DNA of 64,000 bases from Magnetococcales bacterium. GTDB taxonomy: Bacteria; Pseudomonadota; Magnetococcia; Magnetococcales; DC0425bin3. Below the pieces are notes generated by a model. It was not told where the DNA came from. It saw only the letters and a list, made by a program, of their open reading frames with translations, and did not search any database. Below, piece after piece: positions 1 through 15,003 of the stretch; position 1 is the stretch's first letter, and each line of letters begins with the position of its first letter. Position numbers and translations under genes: made by a program. The stretch spans positions 148,103 to 212,102 of the forward strand of contig JADGCO010000001.1 in the NCBI GenBank assembly GCA_015228935.1, read 5' to 3'.

Positions 1-1781
<1,781 letters not shown>

Positions 1782-1847
1782 TGCCTACCCCTGTCAAAGA
1801 ACAAAATTTGAGGATGCGTCAGGCATCCCTCTCCAGATATACCGTTA

Positions 1848-2318
1848 TCACCAGCGATAGTGGGCGAACACTTTGTTCGCTTCCGCCATGCGATGGGTAT
1901 CATCCCGTTTTTTTACTGTGGCACCGCGGCCGGCAGCCGCTTCGATCAATTCGGCGGCCAAGCGTTCCCGCATGGTCTTTTCACCCCGTTTCCGGGCAAA
2001 GCTGACCAGCCAGCGGATGGCCAGGGTTTGACGACGGCTGGGACGCACTTCCACCGGCACCTGATAGGTGGCACCGCCCACCCGCCTTGACCGAACTTCA
2101 ACGGCCGGGCGGGCATTGTCTACTGCATCCTTGAAAATTTTCAAGGGATCTTCTTTGGCCCGGTCGCCGACAATGGCCAAGGCACCGTAGAAAAGACGCT
2201 CCGCAAGGGACTTCTTCCCATCTCGCATGAGACAGTTCATGAACTTGGTCACCAGCTTATCCCCATAAACAGGGTCTGGTACGATTTCCCTTTTTGGAAC
2301 TTCACGACGCCTGGACAT
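1848..2318 (-). CDS. rpsG: 30S ribosomal protein S7
   Basis: 156-aa [31 protein letters not shown]...[22 protein letters not shown]...AHYRW, full-length S7 pattern. str operon context. Confidence 0.97.
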   Translation of the reverse strand: MSRRREVPKREIVPDPVYGDKLVTKFMNCLMRDGKKSLAERLFYGALAIVGDRAKEDPLKIFKDAVDNARPAVEVRSRRVGGATYQVPVEVRPSRRQTLAIRWLVSFARKRGEKTMRERLAAELIEAAAGRGATVKKRDDTHRMAEANKVFAHYRW

Positions 2319-2482
2319 CCAGTTGACTCCCCTGCTGTTGGCCTGATCCGGTTCTTTATCATTCTATCATCAGTTGCCTGCTGCCTGCACGCACCTGATT
2401 CAAAAAAACCGTTTTTTTTCCGTCTGTCTCGTAAGCAACCCGCTCTGGACATGACCCGACTTCAGTGTGTCACGTCATGTTC

Positions 2483-2854
2483 CTACTTGGGCTTTTTGGC
2501 TCCATATTTCGAGCGACCCTGTTTCCGATCTTTCACGCCCTGCGTATCCAGCGTGCCACGCAGGATGTGGTAGCGCACGCCCGGCAAATCCTTGACCCGT
2601 CCGCCGCGTATCAAAACCACGGCATGCTCCTGGAGGTTATGGCTCTCTCCCGGAATATAGGCCGTGACTTCATGGCCATTGGTCAGACGTACCCGCGCCA
2701 CTTTGCGCAGGGCAGAGTTGGGCTTCTTGGGGGTCGTCGTGTAGACCCGGGTGCAAACGCCACGTTTCTGCGGGCAGCTTTGCATGGCAGGGACGTTGTT
2801 TTTCCTGCCCTGCGGCCGGCGACCGTTACGCAGCAGTTGATTGACGGTTGGCAT
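2483..2854 (-). CDS. rpsL: 30S ribosomal protein S12
   Basis: 123-aa [63 protein letters not shown]..., unmistakable S12. Confidence 0.98.
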   Translation of the reverse strand: MPTVNQLLRNGRRPQGRKNNVPAMQSCPQKRGVCTRVYTTTPKKPNSALRKVARVRLTNGHEVTAYIPGESHNLQEHAVVLIRGGRVKDLPGVRYHILRGTLDTQGVKDRKQGRSKYGAKKPK

Positions 2855-2915
2855 ATCTCTAGGTCACTCCCACCTTTGTTTCAGACCACAAATCCCCGAG
2901 CCAGGGAAACCCATT

Positions 2916-2943
2916 AAATTAAGCTTTTCACCGAAGAAGTCAA
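2916..2943 (-). promoter_or_regulatory. Putative sigma70-type promoter for rpsL-rpsG-fusA
   Basis: Minus strand reads TTGACT (2943-2938), a 16-nt spacer, then TAATTT (2921-2916). An A/T-rich tract lies upstream. The element sits about 60 nt upstream of the rpsL ATG, in the rpoC-rpsL spacer. Identified by eye only. Confidence 0.35.
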
Positions 2944-2977
2944 CCCTCTTTTTTCAAAAAAAGAAAAACTTTTTCGG

Positions 2978-5900
2978 TCAGCCTTTACTGGCTGGAGATT
3001 CACCCTCTTTTTCCTTCTTGCGCAACAAGGTTTTCATCAGCCCGGCAGCCCGACCGGTCCCTGCCGGGATCAGCCGACCGACGATGACATTCTCTTTCAG
3101 GCCATTCAACGTATCTGCACGCCCGGAGATGGACGCCTCGGTCAGGACCCGGGTCGTCTCCTGGAACGATGCCGCCGAAATGAAGGACGGCGTGGAGAGG
3201 GACGCCTTGGTGATTCCCAGCAAAAGCGGGAAGGAGGTCGCCTGCCGCCCGGAACGAAGGGCAGCCTTGGCATTTTCCCGGTCAAACTCGCTCTTCTCGA
3301 CCGACTCGCCGGCAACGAAGGTCGTGTCGCCAGGATCCAGGATGGCCACCTTCTGCAACATTTGCCGCACAATCACTTCAATGTGCTTGTCGTTGATCCG
3401 CACGCCCTGGAGCCGGTAGACTTCCTGGATTTCGTTCACCATGAAGCGGCACAAATCCTCCAGGCCCAGAATTTTGAGAATGTCCTGCGGCACCGGAGAG
3501 CCTTCCATGAGGGGTTCACCGCGCCGGACATAGTCACCCTCATTGACGGCGAGCTGTTTCCCCTTGGGAAGCATATACTCCCGGGGTTCACCCACTTCCG
3601 CCGTCACGATGACCCGTCGCTTGCCTTTCAAATCCTTGCCGAAGGAGACCACCCCTTCGTTTTCGGAAATGATGGCATACTCCTTGGGCTTGCGGGCCTC
3701 GAACAGCTCCACCACCCGGGGCAGACCGCCTGTGATGTCGCGGGTTTTGGACGTTTGCCGGGGAACTTTGGCAATGATATCCCCGGCCAGGACATGATCC
3801 CCTTCCATGACCATGATCACGGCCCCGACGGGAAGGAAGTAACGCACTTCCGCGCCGGATGGCATGACCAGGGTTTCGCCGCTGTCAGGGTGTTTCAGGG
3901 TCAGCCGGGGTCGCATGTCGGTCTTGCGTCCCTGACTCTTCCAGTCGGTCACTTCCCGGGAACTCAGGCCTGTGGTTTCGTCGATGGTTTCGCGCAGGGT
4001 GTGGTTTTCAACCAGATCACCGTATTTGATGATACCTTCCATTTCCGTAATGATCGGCGAGGAGAAGGGATCCCATTCGGCAAAAGTCTGCCCCTTCTCC
4101 ACCCGCTGGCCATCGCCCACCATCAGGCGGCAACCATAGGGAACCCTGTGGCGTTCCCGTTCGCGTCCCAGTTCCAGCTCGGGAATCACGTCACCGCTGT
4201 TTTCGGACCCTTCCACGGCACGCACTTCGTGAATGGAAACCTCGCCGTTCCGGGACAGGACCACATAACGTCCATTGCGATCCTGCACCGTGGTGAGGTT
4301 ATGGAAACGGGCGATGCCACCATGCAGGGAATCGAGGGAGGATTGTTCCACTTTCCGGGATGCCGTTCCACCGATATGGAAGGTCCGCATGGTCAACTGG
4401 GTACCCGGTTCACCGATGCTCTGTGCGGCAATTACGCCGACCGCCTCGCCAATCGTCACCTTGGTCCCGCGGGCCAGATCGCGCCCATAACACTTGACGC
4501 ACACCCCGCGCTCGGTCGCACAGGTCAGGGGAGAGCGGATCTTGATGCTCTCCACATTGGAATTTTCAATCCGCTCCACATCGTCTTCGTCAAGAATTTT
4601 GCCGCACTCGGCAATTCTTTCATCCGTGATGGGATCCACGATATCTTCCAGGGGGGTACGTCCCAGCACGCGATCCGCCAGGGATTCGACCACATCATTC
4701 CCTTCCAGAAGGGCCGTGGCGGTCAGCCCTTCGGACGTGCCGCAATCCTCTTCCCGGACGATACAATCCTGGGCCACGTCCACCAGACGCCGGGTCAGGT
4801 ATCCGGAGTTGGCCGTCTTCAGGGCCGTATCCGCCAATCCTTTCCGGGCACCATGGGTGGAGATGAAGTATTGCAACACTGTCAGCCCTTCACGAAAGTT
4901 GGCCGTGATGGGGGCTTCGATGATTTCACCGGATGGTTTGGCCATCAAGCCGCGCATGCCCGCCAACTGGCGAATCTGCGCCGCCGAACCTCTGGCCCCG
5001 GAGTTGGCCATCATGAAAATGGAGTTGAACGAAAGCTGTTCACGGCCCACGTCGATAGTCTCCGACGAAATTCCCTTCATCATTTCGTCGGCCACCCGTT
5101 CCGTGCAGTGCGACCAGATGTCGATCACCTTGTTGTATTTTTCACCCTCGGTGATGAGACCTTCAATATACTGGCGCTCGATCTCCTTGACTTTTTCCTG
5201 TGAATCTTCCACGAGCGCCCGTTTGCTCTTCGGGATCACCATGTCATCCTTGCCGAACGAAATGCCGGCCCGGGCCGCAAAACCGAAACCAACGGTCATG
5301 ATCCGGTCGGCAAAAATGACGGTCTCCTTGGTACCGCAGTTGCGGTAGACCACGTCGATGAGCTTGGCCACCTCTTTTTTGGTGAGCAGACGGTTGACCA
5401 GGTCGAAGGGAATCTGATCGGGCAGAATTTCGGTCAACAGGATGCGTCCGACCGTGGTCTTCTGTCGCACGCCGCGATACCGACACATGATGGAGGCATG
5501 CAGTCCGATTGCGCTGGAATCATAGGCTTGGCGGACCTCCAGGGGCGAGGAGAAGATCATCCCCTCTCCCAGCACGTTCAGGCGCTCCGAGGTCATGTAG
5601 TACAGGCCCAGAATGATATCCTGGGTCGGCACGATGATGGGCTTGCCGTTGGCGGGCGAGAGAATGTTGTTGGTGGACATCATCAACACCCGCGCCTCAA
5701 TCTGGGCCTCGATGGAGAGCGGCACATGGACGGCCATCTGGTCGCCGTCAAAGTCGGCATTGAACGCCGTACAGACCAGGGGATGCAACTGGATGGCCTT
5801 GCCTTCGATCAACTTCGGCTCGAAGGCCTGGATACCCAGACGATGCAGGGTGGGTGCCCGGTTGAGCATGACCGGGTGTTCCCGGATCACCTCCTCCAGG

Positions 5901-7135
5901 ATGTCCCACACCTCGCTCTTTTCCTTCTCCACCATCCGTTTGGCCGCCTTGATGGTGGTGGCCAGACCGCGCTCTTCCAGGCGGTTGTAGATGAAGGGTT
6001 TGAACAGTTCCAGGGCCATTTTTTTGGGCAGGCCGCACTCGTGCAGCTTGAGATCCGGTCCCACCACGATCACCGACCGACCCGAATAGTCCACCCGCTT
6101 GCCGAGCAGATTGAGCCGGAAACGGCCCTGTTTGCCTTTCAACATTTCCGAGAGGGATTTCAGGGGGCGTTTGTTCGTCCCCGTGATCACCCGGCCCCGC
6201 CGGCCATTGTCGAACAGGGCATCCACCGACTCCTGCAACATGCGTTTTTCGTTGCGGATGATGATGTCGGGGGCCTTCAGTTCAAACAGGCGCTTGAGAC
6301 GGTTGTTGCGGTTGATCACCCGGCGATAGAGATCGTTCAGATCGGATGTGGCAAACCGGCCTCCGTCCAGGGGGACCAGGGGCCGCAATTCCGGTGGAAT
6401 CACCGGGATGGTTTCCAGGATCATCCACTCCGGGCGGTTGCCGGACTCCTGGAAAGACTCCAGGGTGTGCAGACGTTTGACGATTTTTTTCCGGCGGGCC
6501 TCGGAATTCGTGGCCACCAGCTCATCCCGCAGGCGGACGATGTCTTCCTCAATCTTCAGTCGGGAGAGCATGTCGCGGATGGCTTCGGCCCCGATGCCGG
6601 CGGTAAATTCGTCGCCGTATTCATCCTGCATCTGGTTGAAACGGTCCTCGGTCAGCAGATCTCCCTTTTTCAGGGGGGTCATGCCGGGTTCCAGGACCAC
6701 AAAATTTTCAAAATAGAGGACCCGTTCCAGATCTTTCAGGGTCATGTCCAGAAGCAGACCGATTCGACTGGGCAGGGATTTCAAAAACCAGATGTGCGCC
6801 ACCGGCGAGGCCAGCTCGATATGGCCCATCCGCTCGCGACGCACCTTGGATTGAATCACCTCGACGCCGCACTTTTCGCACACCACGCCCCGGTGTTTGA
6901 GGCGCTTGTATTTGCCGCAGAGACATTCGTAGTCCTTGACCGGACCAAATATTTTGGCACAGAAAAGGCCGTCCCGTTCCGGTTTGAAGGTCCGGTAGTT
7001 GATCGTTTCGGGTTTTTTGACCTCACCGAACGACCAGGAGCGGATTTTTTCCGGGGAAGCGATGGATATCTTGATGCCATCGAAACTCTGGCCCAACACC
7101 GGTCGGGAAAAAAGTTTGAACAGGTTTTGATTCAA
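2978..7135 (-). CDS. rpoC: DNA-directed RNA polymerase subunit beta'
   Basis: 1385-aa ORF with the zinc-binding [23 protein letters not shown] and the catalytic [12 protein letters not shown] motif. Confidence 0.99.
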   Translation of the reverse strand: MNQNLFKLFSRPVLGQSFDGIKISIASPEKIRSWSFGEVKKPETINYRTFKPERDGLFCAKIFGPVKDYECLCGKYKRLKHRGVVCEKCGVEVIQSKVRRERMGHIELASPVAHIWFLKSLPSRIGLLLDMTLKDLERVLYFENFVVLEPGMTPLKKGDLLTEDRFNQMQDEYGDEFTAGIGAEAIRDMLSRLKIEEDIVRLRDELVATNSEARRKKIVKRLHTLESFQESGNRPEWMILETIPVIPPELRPLVPLDGGRFATSDLNDLYRRVINRNNRLKRLFELKAPDIIIRNEKRMLQESVDALFDNGRRGRVITGTNKRPLKSLSEMLKGKQGRFRLNLLGKRVDYSGRSVIVVGPDLKLHECGLPKKMALELFKPFIYNRLEERGLATTIKAAKRMVEKEKSEVWDILEEVIREHPVMLNRAPTLHRLGIQAFEPKLIEGKAIQLHPLVCTAFNADFDGDQMAVHVPLSIEAQIEARVLMMSTNNILSPANGKPIIVPTQDIILGLYYMTSERLNVLGEGMIFSSPLEVRQAYDSSAIGLHASIMCRYRGVRQKTTVGRILLTEILPDQIPFDLVNRLLTKKEVAKLIDVVYRNCGTKETVIFADRIMTVGFGFAARAGISFGKDDMVIPKSKRALVEDSQEKVKEIERQYIEGLITEGEKYNKVIDIWSHCTERVADEMMKGISSETIDVGREQLSFNSIFMMANSGARGSAAQIRQLAGMRGLMAKPSGEIIEAPITANFREGLTVLQYFISTHGARKGLADTALKTANSGYLTRRLVDVAQDCIVREEDCGTSEGLTATALLEGNDVVESLADRVLGRTPLEDIVDPITDERIAECGKILDEDDVERIENSNVESIKIRSPLTCATERGVCVKCYGRDLARGTKVTIGEAVGVIAAQSIGEPGTQLTMRTFHIGGTASRKVEQSSLDSLHGGIARFHNLTTVQDRNGRYVVLSRNGEVSIHEVRAVEGSENSGDVIPELELGRERERHRVPYGCRLMVGDGQRVEKGQTFAEWDPFSSPIITEMEGIIKYGDLVENHTLRETIDETTGLSSREVTDWKSQGRKTDMRPRLTLKHPDSGETLVMPSGAEVRYFLPVGAVIMVMEGDHVLAGDIIAKVPRQTSKTRDITGGLPRVVELFEARKPKEYAIISENEGVVSFGKDLKGKRRVIVTAEVGEPREYMLPKGKQLAVNEGDYVRRGEPLMEGSPVPQDILKILGLEDLCRFMVNEIQEVYRLQGVRINDKHIEVIVRQMLQKVAILDPGDTTFVAGESVEKSEFDRENAKAALRSGRQATSFPLLLGITKASLSTPSFISAASFQETTRVLTEASISGRADTLNGLKENVIVGRLIPAGTGRAAGLMKTLLRKKEKEGESPASKG

Positions 7136-7214
7136 CTGACGCCTCCGGTCGATCTGTGCGAGGTTGCCATGGGGGGCCGGGTCGCTTTATTTCGGATCCG
7201 GCTCCGGGCCATGG

Positions 7215-10200
7215 TCATTCCGGGGTCCTTACCAGCGATACATCCAGGGCCAGGGATTGCAGCTCCTTGACCAGGACGTTGAAGGATTCGGGGATTCCCG
7301 CCTCAAACGTATCGTCGCCCTTGACGATGGATTCGTAGATCTTGGTTCGTCCGGCCACGTCATCGGACTTGACCGTCAACATTTCCTGCAACGTATAGGA
7401 CGCACCATAGGCCTCCAAGGCCCAGACCTCCATTTCGCCAAACCGCTGCCCGCCAAACTGGGCCTTGCCACCCAACGGCTGCTGGGTCACCAGAGAGTAG
7501 GGACCAATGGAACGGGCGTGAATCTTGTCGTCCACCAGATGGTGGAGTTTGAGAATGTAAATGTAGCCGACGGTCACCGCCCGGTCGAAATAGTCACCCG
7601 TGCGACCGTCGATGAGACGCACCTGACCCGATTTGGGCAGACCGGCCTGTTCCAGCCAGCCGACGATTTCCTCTTCCCGCGCCCCGTCAAACACGGGCGT
7701 GGCTGCCGGGACACCATCCTTGAGGTTGCCGGCCAGATTCAGGGTTTCGGCGTCGGTCAACTCCCGCAGGTCATCGGCCTGATCCTGGTGATCATAGACC
7801 TCCAGGAGAAAATTCCGCAGATTGGCGACAGGTTCCCCTTTTTGGCACTGTTCCAGGAGCTTGCCGATTTTCTTTCCCAGCCCCTTGGCGGCCCAGCCCA
7901 GATGGGTCTCCAGAATCTGCCCGACATTCATGCGCGACGGCACACCGAGGGGATTGAGAACGATATCCACCGGCTGACCATCTTCCAGGTAGGGCATATC
8001 CTCCACGGGATTGATCTTGGAGATGACACCCTTGTTGCCGTGCCGTCCGGCCATTTTATCGCCTGGTTGCAGCTTGCGCTTGACGGCAATATACACCTTG
8101 ACCATTTTCAGCACGCCGGGGGGCAGATCATCGCCCCGTTCCAGCTTTTCCACCTTGCTTTCAAAGCGTTTTTGCAGTCGCTGGCCGGTTTTCAACACCT
8201 GTGCCCGGATGCCCTCGATCTGCTGCGTCACTACATCGTCATCGAGAACCACGTCCTGAAGATCGCGATTGGTGGCGGTGCGCACCCAATGCTCTTCAAT
8301 CTTGTCGCCGGAACCCAGGCGTGGCGCAGAACGGACCACGCGATGCAGCATCAGGCGCCGGATGCGGTCATCGGCATCATTTTCAATGATGCGGCGTTCA
8401 GCGACCATATCCTTGCGCAGGGCGGCAATCTCTTCCTGATCGATCAACTTGGCCCGATCATCCTTTTCCAGGCCGCGCCGGGAAAAGACCCGCACATTGA
8501 CGACCGTTCCCGAAATGCCCGGCGGCAGGCGCAGGGAAGTATCCCGGACATCGGAGGCTTTTTCTCCGAAGATGGCCCGCAAAAGTTTTTCTTCTGGCGT
8601 CAACTGGGTCTCCCCTTTGGGGGTCACCTTGCCGACCAGAATGTCGCCGGCCTTGACGTCGGCCCCGACATAGATGATGCCGGAGTCGTCCAGATTGCTC
8701 AGGGCCTCTTCGCCGACGTTGGGCATGTCCCGGGTGATCTCTTCCGGCCCGAGTTTGGTATCCCGGGCCATCACCTCGAACTCGTCGATATGGATCGAGG
8801 TGAAGACATCATCCTGGACAAGACGTTCGGAGATGAGGATCGAGTCTTCGAAGTTGTAGCCATTCCAGGGCATGAAGGCGACCAGGACGTTGCGCCCCAA
8901 AGCAAGTTCACCCCATTGGGTGCTGGGTCCATCCGCCACGATATCCCCGCTTCTGACCCGGTCGCCGGCCCGCACCAGGGGCACCTGATTGATGCAGGTA
9001 TTCTGGTTGGAGCGTTCAAACTTGGTCAGATTGTAGATATCGACGCCGGGTTCGCTGGAACCGGGTTCTTCGTCGGCCTTGATGACAATCCGCGAGGCAT
9101 CCACCTCTTCCACCACGCCATGGCGGCGGCTGACGATGGTCACCCCCGAATCCCGGGCCACGACCGGTTCCATGCCGGTCCCCACCAGGGGGGCATCGGT
9201 CTTGATGAGCGGCACGGCCTGCCGCTGCATGTTCGACCCCATCAAGGCGCGGTTGGCGTCGTCGTTTTCCAGAAAGGGAATCAGGGCTGCCGCCACCGAA
9301 ACGATCTGCTTGGGCGACACGTCCATGTACTGGATGCGATCCGGGGTGGCGATGGTAAATTCCAGTTTATGGCGGCACTGTACGACATCGCTGACGTAGC
9401 GCTTTTCGTGATCGAGAACGGCGTTGGCCTGGGCGATGACGTAGTTTTCTTCCTCGATGGCCGACAGATAATCGACTTCATCCGTAACCCGGCCCTCCAC
9501 GACCCGCCGATAGGGGCTTTCGATGAATCCGAAAGCGTTGATCCGGGCGAAGGTCGAAAGACTGTTGATCAGACCGATGTTCGGACCTTCCGGGGTTTCG
9601 ATGGGGCAGATGCGTCCATAATGGGTCGGATGCACGTCCCGGACCTCGAAACCGGCCCGTTCCCGCGTCATGCCTCCCGGTCCCAGGGCCGACAACCGGC
9701 GCTTGTGGGTAATTTCCGACAAGGGATTGGTCTGGTCCATGAACTGGGAGAGCTGACTGGAACCGAAAAATTCCCGAATGACCGCCGAAAAAGGTTTGGA
9801 ATTGAGGACATCGTGCGGCATGAGGGTTTCCGGCTCCGTTGAAGAGAGCCGTTCCCGGATGGCCCGCTCCATGCGGACCAAGCCAATGCGCACCTGATTT
9901 TCCAGCAGTTCGCCCACCGAACGGACGCGGCGATTGCCCAGGTGGTCAATGTCATCCACCTTGCCGTGGCCATCCTTCAGCTTCAGAAGAATGTCCACCA
10001 CACCCAGGATATCTTCCTTGCGGAGAATGCGGACATTCAAGTCGCACTCCAGATTGAGGCGTTTGTTCATCTTCAGCCGCCCAACCGTGGAAAGATCGTA
10101 GCGGTCGGCCTTGAAAAACAGGTTGCTGAACAAATTTTTGGCCGCATCGATGGTGGGGGGTTCCCCGGGGCGCATCATGCGGTAGATGTCGATCAGGGCC

Positions 10201-11303
10201 TCGTCCTGGCTTTGATTTTTGTCGAGATCAAGGGTATTGCGCAGGTAGGGACCAACGTTCACATAGTCGATGAAGAGGGTTTCAATCTCTTCGATGCCAT
10301 TATCCTCGAAAATGCTGAGCATGGCTTCCGTGATTTCGGCCCCGGCTTCGGCGATGAGTTCTCCGCCGACGTTGGGCATGTTGTGGGCCAGGAACCGGCC
10401 CACCAGATCCTCAGCCGGGACCTGAATCCAGTCCAACCCTTCGGATTGGAGCTTTTTGATGGCCCGGGCTGATATTTTCCGTTTCGCCCGGACGATCTCT
10501 TCCCCGGTCTGGGGGTGGACGATGGCATAATTGAGACGGCTGCCCAGCAGTTGGTCTGGGTTGAGGCGTTTTTCCCACAAGACCCCTTTTTTCCGGAACG
10601 GCTCCGTATCGTAGAACCGGCTCAACATTTCTTCCGGGTTCATGCCCAGGGCGCGCAGCAGGGTGGTGACCGGCATCTTGCGGCGGCGGTCGATTCTTGC
10701 GTACAGCAAATCCTTGGGATCAAACTCAAAATCGAGCCAGGACCCCCGATAGGGAATGATGCGGGAGGAAAAGAGCAGTTTACCCGAGCTGTGCGTCTTG
10801 CCCCGGTCGTGGTCGAAAAACACCCCCGGCGAGCGGTGCATCTGCGACACGATGACCCGTTCCGTGCCGTTGACGATGAAGGTACCGGTATCCGTCATCA
10901 GGGGAATTTCGCCCAGGTAAACATCCTGTTCCTTGATTTCCTTGATCGACTTGGCACCGGTATCCTCGTTTTCCTCCCACAGGACCAGGCGCAGGACCAC
11001 TTTCAGGGGTGCCGAGAAGGTCATCCCGCGGGCCAGACACTCATCCTCGTCATATTTGGGTTCACCGAGGGAAAAGGTGACGTACTCCAGGGTCACGGCA
11101 CCTGCATAATCGTGAATGGGAAAAACCGACTGAAAAACTGCGTGGAGTCCCGCATCTTCCCGGGTATCCGGGGAGGCACTTGCCTGCAGAAAACGTGCAA
11201 AGGATTCCTTTTGGATCGCGATCAGGTCAGGAATTTCGATAATGGTTGGAATCCGTCCGAAATTTTTGCGCAGACGCTGTTTTTCGGTAAAGCTCAGTGA
11301 CAT
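7215..11303 (-). CDS. rpoB: DNA-directed RNA polymerase subunit beta
   Basis: 1362-aa [22 protein letters not shown]... with rifampicin-region and C-terminal motifs ([25 protein letters not shown]). Confidence 0.99.
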   Translation of the reverse strand: MSLSFTEKQRLRKNFGRIPTIIEIPDLIAIQKESFARFLQASASPDTREDAGLHAVFQSVFPIHDYAGAVTLEYVTFSLGEPKYDEDECLARGMTFSAPLKVVLRLVLWEENEDTGAKSIKEIKEQDVYLGEIPLMTDTGTFIVNGTERVIVSQMHRSPGVFFDHDRGKTHSSGKLLFSSRIIPYRGSWLDFEFDPKDLLYARIDRRRKMPVTTLLRALGMNPEEMLSRFYDTEPFRKKGVLWEKRLNPDQLLGSRLNYAIVHPQTGEEIVRAKRKISARAIKKLQSEGLDWIQVPAEDLVGRFLAHNMPNVGGELIAEAGAEITEAMLSIFEDNGIEEIETLFIDYVNVGPYLRNTLDLDKNQSQDEALIDIYRMMRPGEPPTIDAAKNLFSNLFFKADRYDLSTVGRLKMNKRLNLECDLNVRILRKEDILGVVDILLKLKDGHGKVDDIDHLGNRRVRSVGELLENQVRIGLVRMERAIRERLSSTEPETLMPHDVLNSKPFSAVIREFFGSSQLSQFMDQTNPLSEITHKRRLSALGPGGMTRERAGFEVRDVHPTHYGRICPIETPEGPNIGLINSLSTFARINAFGFIESPYRRVVEGRVTDEVDYLSAIEEENYVIAQANAVLDHEKRYVSDVVQCRHKLEFTIATPDRIQYMDVSPKQIVSVAAALIPFLENDDANRALMGSNMQRQAVPLIKTDAPLVGTGMEPVVARDSGVTIVSRRHGVVEEVDASRIVIKADEEPGSSEPGVDIYNLTKFERSNQNTCINQVPLVRAGDRVRSGDIVADGPSTQWGELALGRNVLVAFMPWNGYNFEDSILISERLVQDDVFTSIHIDEFEVMARDTKLGPEEITRDMPNVGEEALSNLDDSGIIYVGADVKAGDILVGKVTPKGETQLTPEEKLLRAIFGEKASDVRDTSLRLPPGISGTVVNVRVFSRRGLEKDDRAKLIDQEEIAALRKDMVAERRIIENDADDRIRRLMLHRVVRSAPRLGSGDKIEEHWVRTATNRDLQDVVLDDDVVTQQIEGIRAQVLKTGQRLQKRFESKVEKLERGDDLPPGVLKMVKVYIAVKRKLQPGDKMAGRHGNKGVISKINPVEDMPYLEDGQPVDIVLNPLGVPSRMNVGQILETHLGWAAKGLGKKIGKLLEQCQKGEPVANLRNFLLEVYDHQDQADDLRELTDAETLNLAGNLKDGVPAATPVFDGAREEEIVGWLEQAGLPKSGQVRLIDGRTGDYFDRAVTVGYIYILKLHHLVDDKIHARSIGPYSLVTQQPLGGKAQFGGQRFGEMEVWALEAYGASYTLQEMLTVKSDDVAGRTKIYESIVKGDDTFEAGIPESFNVLVKELQSLALDVSLVRTPE

Positions 11304-11460
11304 CGGATTTCCTCTGCCGCCTTAAAAAAAATGGCCAGGCCCGCAACACAGCGTGGAACCGGATGCCTCATGTTGCTCCGGTCGGTCGCCGCTCATGATC
11401 CATGCGTCATAGCCGCTTGCTGCGTAAGCCGCCCTTGTCGAAGCGTGGCAACCCTGCACA

Positions 11461-11489
11461 CCGGGCAGGGGCACGAAGCCCCTGCCCGG
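11461..11489 (-). terminator. rplL-rpoB intergenic hairpin (attenuator-type)
   Basis: Perfect 12-bp stem CCGGGCAGGGGC / GCCCCTGCCCGG with a 5-nt loop, in the 221-nt spacer between the rplL stop and the rpoB start. That spacer is the classical location of the partial terminator. No U-tract follows. Confidence 0.45.
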
Positions 11490-11524
11490 ACGCCGGATCG
11501 ACCGAACAAGGTAAGCCCGGGAAC

Positions 11525-11908
11525 CTACTTGAGTTCAACCTTGGCACCGGACTCTTCGAGTTCCTTCTTATGTTTTTCAGCATCTTCCTTGCTGACCCCT
11601 TCCTTCACCACCTTGGGGGCACCTTCCACGAGGTCCTTGGCCTCCTTGAGGCCCAGGCCGGTGATGGCCCGCACGGCTTTGATGACATGGATCTTCTTGT
11701 CACCGGCATCGGTCAGGATCACATCGAAGGCGGTTTTTTCTTCAGCCGGGGCTGCGGCAGCGGCTCCGCCACCCACGGCGGCGACGGCCACGGCGGCTGG
11801 GGCTGCGGAGACGCCAAATTTGGTCTCCATGGCCTTGACCAGCTCGGCCAGTTCGAGGACCGTCATTTTTTCAATTTCTGCAATCAATTCTTCACGGGAC
11901 AGGGCCAT
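11525..11908 (-). CDS. rplL: 50S ribosomal protein L7/L12
   Basis: 127-aa ORF with an Ala-rich hinge and ...[53 protein letters not shown]. Confidence 0.98.
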   Translation of the reverse strand: MALSREELIAEIEKMTVLELAELVKAMETKFGVSAAPAAVAVAAVGGGAAAAAPAEEKTAFDVILTDAGDKKIHVIKAVRAITGLGLKEAKDLVEGAPKVVKEGVSKEDAEKHKKELEESGAKVELK

Positions 11909-11975
11909 GATCTACTCCTGATTTGATCTTGAATGTCTATGTCATTGGAGGGGTCGAGGCGGTGCCAAGGCACCC

Positions 11976-12497
11976 TCAAGCCGCCTGTTCTTTCTGTTTC
12001 TGGATTTGGGCCAGGACGCGCACCAGGCTGCCGGGAACGGCGGCCAGCACCCCGACAAAACCCTGGATGGGCGAATTCAAGGAACCGAGCATCCGGGCCA
12101 GCAGGACTTCCCGCGACGGCAGTTTGGCCAGAGCAATAATCCCTTTGGCATCGACCATCTTGCCATCCAGGATGCCACCGACGATTTGCAGATTGGGATG
12201 TTCCTTGGTGAAATCATCCAGAACCTTGGCCGGGGCCACCGGGTCCATGGATGTGGCCAGACTGGTGGGGCCTTTCAGCAGGGGGCCGATCGGCTCGAAC
12301 GGGGTCCCTTGGGCGGCCCGTTTGGCCAGGGTGTTTTTGACCACCCTGAATTCACTGCCCGACTCCCGAAATTTCCGGCGCAGGGCTGTCATCTCACTGA
12401 CGGTCATTCCTCGATAGTGGGCGACGACGGCCACTCTGGAACGTTCCAGACTGGCGCGCACCTCATCGATGACCTGACTTTTTTCCTCCCGCTTCAC
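11976..12497 (-). CDS. rplJ: 50S ribosomal protein L10
   Basis: 173-aa ORF MKREEKSQVIDEVRASLERSRVAVVAHYRGMTVSEMTALRRKFRESG... directly upstream of rplL. Confidence 0.96.
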   Translation of the reverse strand: MKREEKSQVIDEVRASLERSRVAVVAHYRGMTVSEMTALRRKFRESGSEFRVVKNTLAKRAAQGTPFEPIGPLLKGPTSLATSMDPVAPAKVLDDFTKEHPNLQIVGGILDGKMVDAKGIIALAKLPSREVLLARMLGSLNSPIQGFVGVLAAVPGSLVRVLAQIQKQKEQAA

Positions 12498-12657
12498 GCT
12501 GGGTTCCTCCTTTTGGCTCCCCTACGGGTTGCATCTGTCCAACGCAAAAGTCGCCCGGGGCCTTAAGGTCCCTTTTGTCTCGGCAGGTCGATCACCCGGT
12601 TACAGGCTCCACGGTGGAGGCCTCACCTGCTGTCATGGACTGAAAATCAAACGAATT

Positions 12658-13353
12658 TCATGACGCGAGGGAGTGGGGATCGACCTTGATGCCCACACCC
12701 ATGGTCGTACTGACGGAAATTTTCTTGATGAAGGTCCCCTTGATGGAGGAGGGACGCAACTTTTGGATGGTTTCCACCATGTTCTTGATGTTGGCCGACA
12801 ACTGATCCGGGGTAAAAGAGGCCTTGCCGATGCCTGCATGGAGGATACCGGCTTTTTCGACCCGGAAGGCCACTTGGCCTCCCTTGATTTCACGGATCAC
12901 CTTGGCCACATCGAAGGTGACGGTGCCCAGTTTGGGGTTGGGCATCAGGCCGCGGGGACCCAGCACCTTGCCGAGGCGACCAACCACACCCATCACATCG
13001 GGACAGGCGACAGTCCGGTCAAAGTCTGTCCAGCCACCCTGGATTTTTTCCACCAGATCGTCGGAGCCGGCATAATCCGCGCCGGCGGCCAGGGCTTCAG
13101 CCACCTTGTCCCCCTTGGCGAAGACCAGGACGCGCACCGTTTTGCCGGTACCGTTGGGGAGGATGGCCGTGCCACGGATCATTTGATCGGCATGGCGGGG
13201 GTCCACGCCCAGATTGAGGGCAATCTCCACGGTCTCGTCAAACTTGGCTGTGGCACCCTCTTTCAGGAGTCCCACGACTTCGGACAGGGGATAGGCTCTG
13301 GACCGATCCAGTTTTTCATGAATTTTCTGCAATCGTTTGCCACGTCGCGCCAT
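12658..13353 (-). CDS. rplA: 50S ribosomal protein L1
   Basis: Track ORF 12658-13422 trimmed to the internal ATG at 13353 ([32 protein letters not shown]...). That start lies 10 nt after the rplK stop. Confidence 0.95.
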   Translation of the reverse strand: MARRGKRLQKIHEKLDRSRAYPLSEVVGLLKEGATAKFDETVEIALNLGVDPRHADQMIRGTAILPNGTGKTVRVLVFAKGDKVAEALAAGADYAGSDDLVEKIQGGWTDFDRTVACPDVMGVVGRLGKVLGPRGLMPNPKLGTVTFDVAKVIREIKGGQVAFRVEKAGILHAGIGKASFTPDQLSANIKNMVETIQKLRPSSIKGTFIKKISVSTTMGVGIKVDPHSLAS

Positions 13354-13363
13354 TGCTGTTTCC

Positions 13364-13795
13364 TCATTCAACGATCTGGAGACCCATGGAACGGGCGGAG
13401 CCGGCGATGGTTCGCTTGGCACCTTCCAGATCCTTGGCGTTCATATCCGGCATTTTGGACTTGGCAATCTCCTCGATCTGCTTCCAGGTCACCTTGCCGG
13501 CCAGGGGGGGACGGCCTGGAGTGGCCGAACCTTTTTCCATTCCGGCAGCCTTTTTGAGAAAATAGGAAGCCGGCGGGGTCCGCAGGTCAAAGATGAACGT
13601 CCGATCCTGGAAAACCGTAATCACCACCGGAATCGGGGTGTTCGGTTCCATCCCTTGAGTCTTGGCATTGAAGGCCTTGCAAAACTCCATGATGTTCAGC
13701 CCGTGTTGGCCCAGGGCCGGACCTACTGGCGGACTCGGCTTGGCGGCCCCGGCGGGAACCTCCAATTTGATGTAGGCCGTGATTTTTTTTCCCAT
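13364..13795 (-). CDS. rplK: 50S ribosomal protein L11
   Basis: 143-aa [49 protein letters not shown]..., canonical L11. Confidence 0.98.
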   Translation of the reverse strand: MGKKITAYIKLEVPAGAAKPSPPVGPALGQHGLNIMEFCKAFNAKTQGMEPNTPIPVVITVFQDRTFIFDLRTPPASYFLKKAAGMEKGSATPGRPPLAGKVTWKQIEEIAKSKMPDMNAKDLEGAKRTIAGSARSMGLQIVE

Positions 13796-13804
13796 GATAT
13801 TTCC

Positions 13805-14335
13805 CTACAGTTTCTCGACCTGGACAAATTCCAATTCCACCGGGGTGGCGCGACCGAAGATGCTGACAGAAACCTTCAAGCGGGTTTTGTCTTCATCCAC
13901 TTCTTCGACGACCCCGTTGAAGGAGACAAACGGACCATCCACCACACGCACACTTTCGCCCACCGAAAACTGCACTTTCGGTTTGGGTTTTTCCATGCCG
14001 TCTTCGACCTGGCGCAGGATTTTATCAACCTCGCGGTCGCTCAAGGGTTGCGGACGGCCCCCTCCACCCAGAAATCCCGTCACTTTCGGAATTTCGTTGA
14101 CCATGTGCCACGTCTCGTCATTCAGCTCCATGCGCACCAGGACATAGCCCGGATAGAACTTCCGCTCGGAAGTCACCTTCTTCCCTTTGCGCAGTTCAAC
14201 CACATCCTCGGAGGGCACCAGGATCTCTTCGAACATGTGTGCCCGTCCGGTCAGACGAATGCGCTCTTCCAGGGCCTGTTTCACCTTCTTTTCAAACCCG
14301 GAATAGGCATGGATGACGTACCACTTCTTGGCCAT
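13805..14335 (-). CDS. nusG: Transcription termination/antitermination factor NusG
   Basis: Track ORF trimmed to ATG 14335 ([26 protein letters not shown]...). The KOW region [22 protein letters not shown] is present. Confidence 0.96.
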   Translation of the reverse strand: MAKKWYVIHAYSGFEKKVKQALEERIRLTGRAHMFEEILVPSEDVVELRKGKKVTSERKFYPGYVLVRMELNDETWHMVNEIPKVTGFLGGGGRPQPLSDREVDKILRQVEDGMEKPKPKVQFSVGESVRVVDGPFVSFNGVVEEVDEDKTRLKVSVSIFGRATPVELEFVQVEKL

Positions 14336-14377
14336 GGATGACTCTTGACTATTCTGAAATCGATGACTCTGGATCAA

Positions 14378-14569
14378 TCAACCAACGACCAGCGAGACAA
14401 AAAATGCCAATATGCTGTCTATCAGCCACAAAAACAGCGACACCAGGAAGACCATGGCCAACACAAGAATGGTCGTATTGCTCGTATCTTTCCGGGTGGG
14501 CCAGACCACCTTGCGCAGCTCGCTGCGGACATCGGTAAGATATTGTTTGACCTCGGATACCTGAATCAT
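14378..14569 (-). CDS. secE: Preprotein translocase subunit SecE
   Basis: Track ORF trimmed to ATG 14569 (MIQVSEVKQYLTDVRSELRKVVWPTRKDTSNTTILVLAMVFLVSLFLWLIDSIL). It has a single C-terminal TM helix and sits immediately upstream of nusG. Confidence 0.9.
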   Translation of the reverse strand: MIQVSEVKQYLTDVRSELRKVVWPTRKDTSNTTILVLAMVFLVSLFLWLIDSILAFFVSLVVG

Positions 14570-14652
14570 GTCGGATCGACTTTTCCTTTGGAAATCTGGC
14601 AGGGCTCCGCCGGTCTCCACACCCTGTCAGGGTGATGCAGGGAACGTATTGC

Positions 14653-14728
14653 TGGCAGGACAGGAGGGACTCGAACCCCCAACCGCCGGTTTTGGAGACC
14701 GATGCTCTACCACTTGAGCTACTGTCCT
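14653..14728 (-). tRNA. tRNA-Trp (anticodon CCA)
   Basis: The reverse complement folds as a cloverleaf. Acceptor AGGACAG/CTGTCCT, anticodon loop CTCCAAA, T-arm GGTTCGAGTCC, encoded 3' CCA. Confidence 0.92.
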
Positions 14729-14775
14729 TCGCAAACAATCACCATTCCCCGGTTGCGCCTCTGGAACAGGACAGC

Positions 14776-14931
14776 CTACTTGATTTTTCCTTCCTTGTGA
14801 AGGGTATGCTTGCGGCAAAACGGACAATATTTGCGCAGAGCCAATTTTTCCGGTTTGGTGCGCTTGTTTTTGTCCGTTGTATAGTTGCGCCGTTTGCACT
14901 CTTCGCAACTCAGGCTGATCAGATCACGCAT
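14776..14931 (-). CDS. rpmG: 50S ribosomal protein L33
   Basis: 51-codon ORF, below the track size cutoff. Sequence is [51 protein letters not shown], with the CxxC...CxxC zinc ribbon typical of L33. Located between tuf and tRNA-Trp/secE. Confidence 0.9.
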   Translation of the reverse strand: MRDLISLSCEECKRRNYTTDKNKRTKPEKLALRKYCPFCRKHTLHKEGKIK

Positions 14932-15003
14932 ACAGATTCCTCCGGGACCATCTGGAACTATTTTGTCCCGTTACCCTCGTGTGGGGTTGCAAAGACGAAA
15001 CCA

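Noticed and set aside
3362-9842. Very long plus-strand ORFs (3362-5203, 5498-7270, 7164-9842; up to 892 aa) opposite rpoC and rpoB
   Set aside because: These are shadow frames antisense to unmistakable RNA polymerase genes. Their products are Gly/His/Asp/Pro-rich with no motifs, which is typical of high-GC antisense frames.
12498-12657. Possible L10 (rplJ) leader RNA in the 160-nt rplA-rplJ spacer
   Set aside because: This is the right location for the autoregulatory leader, but I could not confirm the conserved structure by eye. It needs an Rfam/Infernal scan.
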